64,000 nucleotides of DNA from Candidatus Woesebacteria bacterium GW2011_GWB1_38_8b (GTDB lineage: Bacteria > Patescibacteriota > Microgenomatia > UBA8517). Of this stretch, positions 27,475 to 36,483 are shown piece after piece. The DNA lies in NCBI GenBank assembly GCA_000993115.1, contig LBVN01000007.1, positions 3,587 through 67,586 on the forward strand, read 5' to 3'. The translations under genes were made by a program, and so were the position numbers. Below the pieces are notes generated by a model that was not told the origin of the DNA, searched no databases, and was given only the letters and a program-made list of their open reading frames with translations. The number at the start of each line of letters is the position of its first letter. Position 1 is the first letter of the stretch.

Positions 27475-28806
27475 CTATTTTGGACTTTTCAAGTTCAATA
27501 TTAGCATATCCGTTATAACTTTTGGGTTGCCTTTTCCACCCAGTTTTTTCTGAACCATGCCTACCAAAAAGCCTATAACGGCTCCTTTTCCGCTATTGTA
27601 ATCAGAAACTGCTTTTGGGAACTCGTGTAGAACTTCATACACGGCATTTGTGTTTTCGTCAGTCGTGGAATAATCTTTTTTTGTAATTTCCAAAAGTTTC
27701 TTAATAAATAATTCAGGTTCCGGGTATTCCTGATCCAGGTTTTTATTTACCATTAGATTTGCGATTGTATTTAAGCCTATGGAATATTTTTTATCCAGCT
27801 CGGCCAACTTATCAAAATACTCAGACCGTTTTTTGTCTGACAACAAAACCTCTATATAGTTTTGTGGGATTTTGTAATCATTTGCGAATCGTACACGCTT
27901 TTCTTGAGGCATTTCTCCTATTTCACTTTTTATTACGAAGATAAACTTATCTTCAAAGCGAAAAGGCGGAATATCGGGCTCAGGGAAATATCTATAATCT
28001 TGTGCTTCCTCCTTAATTCTTTGAGAAAAAGTTGTATTTTTAAGCTGGTCAAAGCCTCTTGTCTCCTGAGCAACTTTTACCCCTTTGTTTAAAAGATCTG
28101 CCTGTCTTTGAATTTCGTAATTTAGTGCCTTTTCCAAAAATCTGAATGAGTTTATATTTTTAAGTTCAATTTTATAATCAGGAAGAATTGAGTCTTTTTC
28201 AGGACGAAGAGATAAATTTGCCTCTAACCTCATTGACCCTTTTTCCATATCCGCTTGAGAAATTCCTAAATACCTTACGATAAGCTGAATTTCTTTTAAA
28301 AATTCAATTACATCGTCTACATTTTCAAAATCGGGTTCGGTTACCATTTCGCAAAGAGCAACGCCACTTCGATTAAAGTCAATTAAAGAGTACTGCCCGG
28401 TTTCGTCTTCGTAGTGCTGCAGCTTAGCTGTATCTTCTTCAAGATGTATTCGTCTTAAGTTAATAGTTTTACCGCTTTTTAAACTAATTTTACCGTTTAT
28501 ACAAAAAGGAAGATCATATTGGCTGATTTGGTAAGATTTCGGCAGATCCGGATACATATAATGTTTTCTATCGAATTTTGAAAATTTATTTACTTTTGAA
28601 TTTGTTGCCAATCCGAATTTTAATACATCCTTTATTGCTATCTTGTTAGGATAAGGCATAGCACCGGGAAGTCCCAGGCATGTTGGACACACTTGCGTAT
28701 TAGGTTCTTTTGCAAAATGAAGAGCACTGCAGGAACAAAACATTTTTGAAACTGTAGATAACTCAATATGCACCTCAAGACCAATCACGGGAATGTATTT
28801 ATTCAT
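27475..28806 (-). CDS. gatB: Asp/Glu-tRNA amidotransferase subunit B
   Basis: IGLEVH, RKHYMYPDLPK, HLEEDTAK, DYRYFPEPD. Confidence 0.97.
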   Translation of the reverse strand: MNKYIPVIGLEVHIELSTVSKMFCSCSALHFAKEPNTQVCPTCLGLPGAMPYPNKIAIKDVLKFGLATNSKVNKFSKFDRKHYMYPDLPKSYQISQYDLPFCINGKISLKSGKTINLRRIHLEEDTAKLQHYEDETGQYSLIDFNRSGVALCEMVTEPDFENVDDVIEFLKEIQLIVRYLGISQADMEKGSMRLEANLSLRPEKDSILPDYKIELKNINSFRFLEKALNYEIQRQADLLNKGVKVAQETRGFDQLKNTTFSQRIKEEAQDYRYFPEPDIPPFRFEDKFIFVIKSEIGEMPQEKRVRFANDYKIPQNYIEVLLSDKKRSEYFDKLAELDKKYSIGLNTIANLMVNKNLDQEYPEPELFIKKLLEITKKDYSTTDENTNAVYEVLHEFPKAVSDYNSGKGAVIGFLVGMVQKKLGGKGNPKVITDMLILNLKSPK

Positions 28807-28815
28807 TTTATTTAC

Positions 28816-30060
28816 TTAAAGTTCGACATATAATTTACTTTGATTTTTCTTAATAAAAATCGTAATTGCCAAAAACATAAAGAACAATATTGTTAACAAA
28901 ACTCTAATTCCAAATACCTCAGAAATTATACCCGAAAATAGAATCGGGAAAATATTAATCAGAGTTGTTACAAACCATAAGTTTCCAAGTACCCTACCCC
29001 TTAGTTTTACAGGCGATTCTTCTTGGATAAGTGTTTGTAAAGGAATAACAACACCAACGAAGCTATAGCCAAGTACTCCGAATGAAAGTACCTGTATTAA
29101 TATTCTAATTGTTTGGTTGTTAATTTCTGGAAAAATAATAGCTAGGAAAAACAATACAAATACCAAAGTCATAAGGCTTTTATATATAATTTTTATCTTT
29201 CTTCTGTTCTTCAAAAGTAATTTTGGTATTAAGTAAGATGAGGCAATTGAACCGATTACCGTCGGCAGTACAATAAAAATGGAACCCAAATCCGAGTGCA
29301 TTCGAAGAAGGGTTTTAGAAATCTCAGGAATATTTACAACTACAACAGTGAGTGACGCGGTCATAATAATTTGAAGTATATAAGAATACAAAAGTTTTTG
29401 ATTACTCCTAATATAGTTATACCCTTCAAATATTTCTTTTATAAACTCCATCAAATTACTTTCTAAATTAAGAGCGGTTTTTTTAGTAACTGTACTAGGT
29501 AAAAATGTAACCGATACAAAAGCAATCAAAAGAAATATTGAAGAGATATATAGCGTTATACTAAATCCTAGGAATTTATTAAAAATACCGGCAATAAGAA
29601 AACCAAATATTATAGCGACCTGCGTACTAGTAAAAAAAACACCATTGGCAACAGATAAATCTTTCTTTTTAACAACTTCAGTTAAACTAACAGTTTCTGC
29701 CGGGACGTATAACTGATTTAGTGTTGAATAAAGAAAGACTACAAAATAAATTGTAAAAATCGACTTTCCAAATAAGAAAGATAATAAGAAAACAAGAACT
29801 GCTTGGAAAAGATTGGTGTAAATAAGAAGTTTACGCCTGTCAAAGAAATCAACAAGTGTTGCAGCAAACGGGCCGAATATAAGTGAAGGAAGGGCATAAA
29901 ATATCCAGACTATCGATGTCGCTAAAGACGATCCTGTTTCACTGTATATTTTTAAAATAAATAGAAAATTTAAAAGTTGTATCGTCACCTGAGAAAGGTT
30001 TTGAGAAACAAATAAATAGAAAAAATTTCGGTTTGAAAATATTTTTTTCCACTCTTCCAT
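28816..30060 (-). CDS. MFS transporter
   Basis: About 12 hydrophobic segments, ATLVDFFDRRK motif-A variant, QEESPVKLRGRV. Confidence 0.9.
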   Translation of the reverse strand: MEEWKKIFSNRNFFYLFVSQNLSQVTIQLLNFLFILKIYSETGSSLATSIVWIFYALPSLIFGPFAATLVDFFDRRKLLIYTNLFQAVLVFLLSFLFGKSIFTIYFVVFLYSTLNQLYVPAETVSLTEVVKKKDLSVANGVFFTSTQVAIIFGFLIAGIFNKFLGFSITLYISSIFLLIAFVSVTFLPSTVTKKTALNLESNLMEFIKEIFEGYNYIRSNQKLLYSYILQIIMTASLTVVVVNIPEISKTLLRMHSDLGSIFIVLPTVIGSIASSYLIPKLLLKNRRKIKIIYKSLMTLVFVLFFLAIIFPEINNQTIRILIQVLSFGVLGYSFVGVVIPLQTLIQEESPVKLRGRVLGNLWFVTTLINIFPILFSGIISEVFGIRVLLTILFFMFLAITIFIKKNQSKLYVEL

Positions 30061-30068
30061 ATGAAAAA

Positions 30069-31460
30069 TTAAAATTTAGGCGGCTCGAATTTATAATTTG
30101 TGAAACTTTCAAAATCCCGTGCCATTTTAAAAATAAGTTTTTCTGAAAATCGTGGTCCCATTAATTGAAAACCAAGCGATAAGCCGTTATGTATCCCAAA
30201 AGGGACCGAAAGTCCCGGTATACCTGCAATATTTGCGGGTACTGTTAACACATCAGAAAGATACATTTTTAGAGGGTCATTGACTTTTTCACCAAGTTTA
30301 AAGGGTTGTGACGGTGAAACAGGAGCAATTAATAGATCGACTTCATCGAACGCCTTATCTAATTCATTTATAATGAGCGTCCTAACTTGAGTTGCCTTTT
30401 TGTAATAGGCATCGTAATAGCCTGAAGATAACACAAAATTGCCTAGAATTATTCTTCTTTTTGCTTCAGCCCCAAATGAGTTTCTGGGATTTCCAAATCG
30501 TATTCCATCATATCTTCCGAGATTTGAGCAGACTTCAGCAGGTTGAATTATATAATAAACAGATATTGCATGTTTTGTGTTTGGAAGATTAACTTCCTTA
30601 AATTTATAATTGTTCTTCTCAAATATTTTTATAGCTTCGTGAACTTTATCGGAAACTACCTGATCAACACCTTTTTCGAAATATTGCTTAGGAATACCAA
30701 CAGTAATATTATCTTTTTGCTTTTTGTCCTCGTCTTTAAGAGTTGCGTCGCATAAATCCACGCCAGATGATATCTTGAAAACATTTTCAATATCCGAAAT
30801 ATTGTTTCCAAAATGTCCTACAGTATCAAGTGATGATGCCATTGCAATAACTCCATATCTTGAAACCGATCCATATGTAGGCTTAAGTCCGTATATACCG
30901 CAAAAATTTGCCGGTTGTCTTATTGATCCCCCGGTATCTGTCCCAAAAGACACATGATTAAATCCGGCAGCTACTGATACTGCCGACCCACTTGAAGAAC
31001 CCCCTGGTACATAAGCTTTATTCCAAGGATTAAGTGTCGGCCCAAAATCAGAGTTTTCTCCTGAAGCTCCATGTGCCCAAGCATCGCAATTAGTTTTACC
31101 GATAATTATTGCACCTGCCTTTTTTATTTTATCGACAACTTTCGCCGAATAAGGAGGGATGAATGAATCTAATACTTTAGATCCCGCAGTTGTTCTAAGG
31201 CCTTTTGTTAGAAATAAATCTTTAAAAGAAACAATGCATCCAAGCAATGGATATTTTTCAAAAATTTGGTCTGGGTTTTCTTTTAAAAGACCGTCGTATT
31301 TTTTTGCAAGTTCGTAAGATTCATCTTCGTTAAGTGTCAAAAAAACATTTAGATCTTTATTTTTCTCGTTTATTTTTGTTAAGAAATGTGAGACAACATC
31401 TCTTACAGATATCTTTTTATTTCTTAACGCATTTTGCGTAGTTCTAACAGAAGTAAACAT
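30069..31460 (-). CDS. gatA: Asp/Glu-tRNA amidotransferase subunit A
   Basis: PGGSSSGSA, GTDTGGSIRQPA, YYDAYY. Confidence 0.96.
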   Translation of the reverse strand: MFTSVRTTQNALRNKKISVRDVVSHFLTKINEKNKDLNVFLTLNEDESYELAKKYDGLLKENPDQIFEKYPLLGCIVSFKDLFLTKGLRTTAGSKVLDSFIPPYSAKVVDKIKKAGAIIIGKTNCDAWAHGASGENSDFGPTLNPWNKAYVPGGSSSGSAVSVAAGFNHVSFGTDTGGSIRQPANFCGIYGLKPTYGSVSRYGVIAMASSLDTVGHFGNNISDIENVFKISSGVDLCDATLKDEDKKQKDNITVGIPKQYFEKGVDQVVSDKVHEAIKIFEKNNYKFKEVNLPNTKHAISVYYIIQPAEVCSNLGRYDGIRFGNPRNSFGAEAKRRIILGNFVLSSGYYDAYYKKATQVRTLIINELDKAFDEVDLLIAPVSPSQPFKLGEKVNDPLKMYLSDVLTVPANIAGIPGLSVPFGIHNGLSLGFQLMGPRFSEKLIFKMARDFESFTNYKFEPPKF

Positions 31461-31461
31461 C

Positions 31462-31761
31462 TTATTTTTTTAATATAATTGGTACTTTGAATAAATTATT
31501 TTTGTTATCATTTGCGTTATACATAACGTCTTCCAAGCTGAGTGTTTGATTTGTATCAATTTTGTCGGCACGGGTAATGTTTTCAAGCCCGGTTGTTTGG
31601 CTTGTTGGTAGGATATTTTTAGTGTTTGTTTCCTTTAATTCCTCAAAAAAAGTTATTACACTTGATAAATCGTAAGACAATTCTTTAACCTCTTTTTCAG
31701 TCAAAGTAAGCCCTGAAAGCTTAGCTAAGTGTAAAATATCAGATTTAGTTAAGTGAATCAT
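31462..31761 (-). CDS. gatC: Asp/Glu-tRNA amidotransferase subunit C
   Basis: ILHLAKLSGL..NITRAD..FKVP; directly upstream of gatA. Confidence 0.9.
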   Translation of the reverse strand: MIHLTKSDILHLAKLSGLTLTEKEVKELSYDLSSVITFFEELKETNTKNILPTSQTTGLENITRADKIDTNQTLSLEDVMYNANDNKNNLFKVPIILKK

Positions 31762-31815
31762 ATTAAGTAAATCTTCACTATTGTACAGCAAAAAGTTAGT
31801 GGTTAAAATGGATTT

Positions 31816-31908
31816 ATATTAAGCTCAAAAAATTTTACATTTTAAGCTTGATATATAGGAATACAGTTTATAATCAAAATGTTAGTATTAAAATCTTACA
31901 TTTTGATT
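31816..31908 (+). repeat. Second copy of the ~90-bp intergenic element
   Basis: AAGCT hairpin, TTGATATATAG, AATCAAAATGT-N15-ACATTTTGATT; same distance to ATG as at eno. Confidence 0.7.
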
Positions 31909-31920
31909 TAATATGAATAT

Positions 31921-32283
31921 ATGGATAAGCCTCCTGCCTTGGTTAAGAAAGACAGATTTATTATTATATTTTACGTACTTTACTTCGGTTGGCTTCTTTT
32001 GACCACCTATTTAAGCCGAGACGATTTTTATAATAATTTACTCATATCTTTTGTAGTTATGATTTACTTTATATTTCTAAACGAAACTTTTGATCTGTTT
32101 TTGTTTTTGGGTATTACTCTCCTTTCATATTACTTGATGGGTAAGCTTTATGGTTATCCCGGTATCGTATTTACGCTAGAGTCTATAAAAACAATGCCTC
32201 TTTGGATTTATATTTCTTGGGGTTTTACAGCAGTTGCTCTTAAGAAACTTTTTTCAATGATTATAAGAAGGGTTGAAATATAA
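31921..32283 (+). CDS. Hypothetical multi-TM membrane protein
   Basis: 120-aa hydrophobic ORF, MPLWIYISWG. Confidence 0.7.
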   Translation: MDKPPALVKKDRFIIIFYVLYFGWLLLTTYLSRDDFYNNLLISFVVMIYFIFLNETFDLFLFLGITLLSYYLMGKLYGYPGIVFTLESIKTMPLWIYISWGFTAVALKKLFSMIIRRVEI

Positions 32284-32286
32284 AAA

Positions 32287-33219
32287 CTACTCCATTTTAG
32301 TTAATGCGGCAATTCTTTCTTCAACCGGAGGATGGGTATTGAACAAATTAGAAAATATCCCCACAGCACTTTTAGTTTTATTTTTAAAAGGATTTTCTAT
32401 GTAGAGATGAGCTGTTGCTTTATTGGCAGCTTCCAGTGGTTCGGTGTCGGCGGCAATTTTTTTCAAAGCGGATATTAAACCATTTGGCTGCCTGGTTATC
32501 GCAACCGAAGTAGCATCTGCCGTAAACTCCCTGCGACGTGATATCGCCAACTGAATCAATTGTGCAATAATAGGAGAAAGTATTGCAAAAATAATTCCTA
32601 ATATTAAAAAAATAGCACCGATCTGACCGTTGTCGTTGTCGTTGCTTCTGCCTCTTCCGCGAAAACCTATTCTTAAAAACCAATCTGCAAGAAGTGCTAT
32701 AGATCCTACTAAAACAGAAACAACACTCATTAAACGAATGTCGTAATTTTTAATATGACCGTATTCGTGAGCTAAAACACCTTCAAGTTCTGTACGATTT
32801 AGTTTCGTAAGAAGTCCCGTTGTGGCACATATTACACCGTGATGCGGATCACGGCCCGTTGCAAATGCATTAGGTGCAGAGTCATCTATAACATAAAGCT
32901 TGGGTTTTGGTAATCCGGTTCCAATTGCTAGGTTTTCTGCGACTGTGTAGAAATCATAAAATTGTTTTCTATCGGCAGGTTTAGCACCGGAAATTCCCAA
33001 AACAATTTTATCAGAATAAAAGTAACTTCCAAAACTCATTAAACCTGAAATTATAAATGCCAAACCCAAAAATCCTAGACCACCGGGTTCATACCCGATG
33101 TAATATGAAAATGCGTTTGATAAAACGTAAAGTACTGAAGTTGTAAAAACAAAAAATACTATAACGATCAAAACACTTTTTCTTTTATTGCTGGCTACTG
33201 CTTCATAAATATTTTGCAT
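32287..33219 (-). CDS. htpX: Zinc metalloprotease HtpX (M48)
   Basis: PNAFATG, AHEYGH, SRRREFTAD, THPP. Confidence 0.95.
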   Translation of the reverse strand: MQNIYEAVASNKRKSVLIVIVFFVFTTSVLYVLSNAFSYYIGYEPGGLGFLGLAFIISGLMSFGSYFYSDKIVLGISGAKPADRKQFYDFYTVAENLAIGTGLPKPKLYVIDDSAPNAFATGRDPHHGVICATTGLLTKLNRTELEGVLAHEYGHIKNYDIRLMSVVSVLVGSIALLADWFLRIGFRGRGRSNDNDNGQIGAIFLILGIIFAILSPIIAQLIQLAISRRREFTADATSVAITRQPNGLISALKKIAADTEPLEAANKATAHLYIENPFKNKTKSAVGIFSNLFNTHPPVEERIAALTKME

Positions 33220-33301
33220 ATATTATTTTTACTTGATTCTACGCCACACAGAAAACCTGGCGCAGTACACCTTACTAACAACGCGTATTTATTTTAGGCA
33301 A

Positions 33302-33892
33302 TTAATTTAATTTAACTTTAGGAGATTTCAACTCAGTCGCACTAACACTAACATGTTCTCCCTCAGTTGGTGTAATAAGTCCCGGTTGTTCCTCAAATTT
33401 AAAAATATTGGCAATGATACTTGATGGAAAACTTACTCTTTTGACATTAAAGTCAGCCGTTAAATCAATAACAAGTCTTCTGGCATACATTACTTTATCT
33501 GATGTATCCCGAAGCTCGTCCATCAACTTTGTAACCACTCCGTCAGCTTTTAATTCCGGATTACTTTCTACAAGAACTTGAATTCCGGGCAACACTGAAG
33601 CGAGTTTACTTCCTGCATCTGCCATTTTTTGCAGATTACCGCTTTTTACAGCTTCAGTAATTTGTTTTCTGGCATCAGTTAAATCTTTATAAATTCCTTT
33701 TTCGTGACTTAAATATCCTTTTGCAGATTCTTCCAAATTTGGAATTAAATCCGCCTGTCTTTTTAATTGATTTCCGATTTCCTGAACAGCAGCCTTGATT
33801 CTAGCCTTGCTTGCAACAAAAAAGTTATATAGTGAAATTACCCATGCAGCAATTGCTAATAGAACTAATAAAGGTATCAATAGAATTCCCAT
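33302..33892 (-). CDS. lemA: LemA family protein
   Basis: QLKRQADLIPNL, ESNPELKAD, ARR, FPS; adjacent to htpX; GTGGTGAT SD-like site. Confidence 0.93.
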   Translation of the reverse strand: MGILLIPLLVLLAIAAWVISLYNFFVASKARIKAAVQEIGNQLKRQADLIPNLEESAKGYLSHEKGIYKDLTDARKQITEAVKSGNLQKMADAGSKLASVLPGIQVLVESNPELKADGVVTKLMDELRDTSDKVMYARRLVIDLTADFNVKRVSFPSSIIANIFKFEEQPGLITPTEGEHVSVSATELKSPKVKLN

Positions 33893-33980
33893 ATTTATCA
33901 CCACTTTCGTAAGCCAGAGGCTCTCAGAGACTAAGGTGGATTCTAAATTCACCCGTCTTCAGATTACTAAGCTTGGCAAA

Positions 33981-35816
33981 TTATTCTAACACTTTTTTAA
34001 ATTCATCAAAAGTCAAAGTATTGACTATATTATTTTTCTCAGCCCAACCCCGACGTGCGGTGTATATCCCGTAAATCATATTATCCATATGATCGATATG
34101 ATGTGCATCTGTACCCAATGTAAGTTTTACACCATATTTTACGGCATCTTTCACAAGATAATCAGGTAAATCCAGTCTCATTGGGTCAGCATTAATTTCA
34201 ATCCACTTATTGTATTTTAGAGCAAAATCAAATATTTTATCCCAGTCTAGTTCAACACCCTCTCTTTCATTCAATTTTCTACCGGTAGGATGAGCAAATA
34301 TCCTTACTCTTGGATTTTCAAGAGCCGACATAACACGTTTTGTCATCTCAGCCTTTTTTAATCGAAAGCTGGAATGTATTGAAACTAGGGCAAAATCCAG
34401 CAACTCAAGACATTTATCTGGAACCGGTAATCTTCCGTCAGGCACTATATCTATCTCGAGAGAATTGAATACATGTTTTACTCGTTGATTATTTGTTAAT
34501 GTGTTATTTATTTGTTCAACAATATATTTTTTCTTTTTCAATATTTCTATTATATCGTTATCGCTGTGGCCTTTTTGACTGGGATTGTGTTCTGTAAGAG
34601 CTATATATTCATAACCCAAATCATTTGCTTTAGCAATTATTTCTTCAATTGAAGATAAACCTAAATCATGACTTGTTTCGACATTAAAATCCGAGTGAAT
34701 CTGTAAATCAGCTTTAACATCCCCTATATTAACTAATTTGGGTAATCCGGGTAGTTTACCCTGAGCGCTTCGTTGGGATGCTTCAATTTCTCCATTATCT
34801 TCTCTTATCTCTGGCGGAATCCAGTCCATTCCTAAAGCATTGTAAAAATCCCTTTCTGTTTTGTATTCATAAATTTTCAATTTAGAATTATAATTTTTGT
34901 TTTCCAATCTAAAATTCGGAACAGACTTCTTTAATGTTTTAATACCTTTTTCTGATAGTGATAACCCTTTTTTCAAAGCAAACTCACGAAGTTTAATGTT
35001 GTGATGTTTGCTGCCAGTAAAATGTTGTAAAAGCGCGCCAAACGAAGAAGGATTTTGGGTAATTAAGTCAACCTGTACACCGCTTGGTAGTAAAATCGAC
35101 GCACTCGTCTCACCTTTTTCAACAATTCTACTTTTATTCGGATAATCGGTAAAATGCATAATAGATTTTTTCTTATCTTTTGTTGCAACTGCGATATCTA
35201 TATCTCCTACTGTTGAAGCTTTTCGTCGTAAGCTTCCTAAAACTTCAACTGTTTCACACACTGCTTCACGCTTCATCCAATCTACTATTTGATCGGATAT
35301 TTCAATTGCATAATTAAGTAAATGTCTGGTGCTGGTACCCTTGAAATCGTTTATTGCGTTAATAATTTCTTTTTCCGATTCAACTCCAAAATCAGATAGC
35401 TTAGAAATTTCTCCTTTTTTAGCATATCTTAATAAGCTTTTAATTGGATCTTTTTTATCTATTTTAAAGGCCTTTGAAAGTTTATCAGCAGTTTTAGGTC
35501 CAATTCCCGGAAGTTTTATAAGTTCATAAACGGAAGAGTCGATTCCACGAAAGACATCTTTAAAATGTTTGCTTTTACCGTTGAGAAAAATTTCCGACAA
35601 ATTTTCCGAAATGCTTTTACCGACCCCAGGAATTTCGTCAAGTTTATTGTCGTCATATAAATCTTTAGCTTCACTTGATAGGTGCTCGATAGCATCTGCG
35701 GCGCGCTCGTACGCAATTATTCTGAATTTATTTTTATCTTTGTCTTTTATTTCGTATGCAGAAGCTACGGAACGTAGTAAATCAGCAATTTCAAGATTGT
35801 TTATGTCTTTTTTCAT
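33981..35816 (-). CDS. polX: DNA polymerase X family / PHP domain
   Basis: GSLRR..GDIDI, HFTGSK.HN, IPPEIRED, C-terminal PHP (HPTGR, TDAH). Confidence 0.94.
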   Translation of the reverse strand: MKKDINNLEIADLLRSVASAYEIKDKDKNKFRIIAYERAADAIEHLSSEAKDLYDDNKLDEIPGVGKSISENLSEIFLNGKSKHFKDVFRGIDSSVYELIKLPGIGPKTADKLSKAFKIDKKDPIKSLLRYAKKGEISKLSDFGVESEKEIINAINDFKGTSTRHLLNYAIEISDQIVDWMKREAVCETVEVLGSLRRKASTVGDIDIAVATKDKKKSIMHFTDYPNKSRIVEKGETSASILLPSGVQVDLITQNPSSFGALLQHFTGSKHHNIKLREFALKKGLSLSEKGIKTLKKSVPNFRLENKNYNSKLKIYEYKTERDFYNALGMDWIPPEIREDNGEIEASQRSAQGKLPGLPKLVNIGDVKADLQIHSDFNVETSHDLGLSSIEEIIAKANDLGYEYIALTEHNPSQKGHSDNDIIEILKKKKYIVEQINNTLTNNQRVKHVFNSLEIDIVPDGRLPVPDKCLELLDFALVSIHSSFRLKKAEMTKRVMSALENPRVRIFAHPTGRKLNEREGVELDWDKIFDFALKYNKWIEINADPMRLDLPDYLVKDAVKYGVKLTLGTDAHHIDHMDNMIYGIYTARRGWAEKNNIVNTLTFDEFKKVLE

Positions 35817-35909
35817 TCTATATCTCTGTTCTTATATAATAAACACACCTGTGCGAAAGTAAAGAGGTTATGAAAAAACTAAATATAATATTTAAAATAA
35901 TTAAGATCG

Positions 35910-36302
35910 ATGGGAGAAAGAGATGAAGATGGTTTTGACTTTAGATTAATGTTTGTAACTACAGCATTTGCTGCTGGCATAATTGTAATACTTTATGCAA
36001 ATCAAAATAGAAGAAGAGATCTTAACTCTTTTAATCAACCCGTCATCCAATCAGTCTCCGAACCTCCTGATTATGGATTACAATGGAATTGGGATTGTAC
36101 CAATATCGATCCCGAACACGGAAGACCTAATTTTTATAGGGCAGTATTGTTTGCGGGAGATCGTAGGATTGTTGAACCGGGACCATATAAATATTTTGCT
36201 GGACCAAATAACCCAAGTCCCGATAAAAGCGAAAAAACTATCTACGATATGAATCAAATGAAACTCGTATACCTTGATGACACAATCTGTGTCGATCCGT
36301 AA
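35910..36302 (+). CDS. Hypothetical single-TM protein
   Basis: 130-aa ORF with N-terminal TM. Confidence 0.55.
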   Translation: MGERDEDGFDFRLMFVTTAFAAGIIVILYANQNRRRDLNSFNQPVIQSVSEPPDYGLQWNWDCTNIDPEHGRPNFYRAVLFAGDRRIVEPGPYKYFAGPNNPSPDKSEKTIYDMNQMKLVYLDDTICVDP

Positions 36303-36308
36303 AGCTAG

Positions 36309-36382
36309 CGGGGCTGAAGGGACTCGAACCCTCGACCTTCCGCGTGACAGGCGGACGCTCTAACCAGCTGAGCTACAACCCC
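36309..36382 (-). tRNA. tRNA-Asp(GTC)
   Basis: GGGGTTG/CAGCCCC acceptor, TCCGC-CTGTCAC-GCGGA anticodon arm, GGTTCGAGTCC; CCA not encoded. Confidence 0.95.
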
Positions 36383-36483
36383 ATACCAACACAGTGTTGG
36401 AAATTACAATAAACAAATTCCAAACAACAAATATTTGAAATTATTGTGCAATTATAAAACAATTAGCTTTATGAGGCAATCAG

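Noticed and set aside
33901..33975. Hammerhead ribozyme (CTGAAGA...GAAA on the minus strand)
   Set aside because: Stem II closing bases (C/C) do not pair and stems I and III cannot be built.
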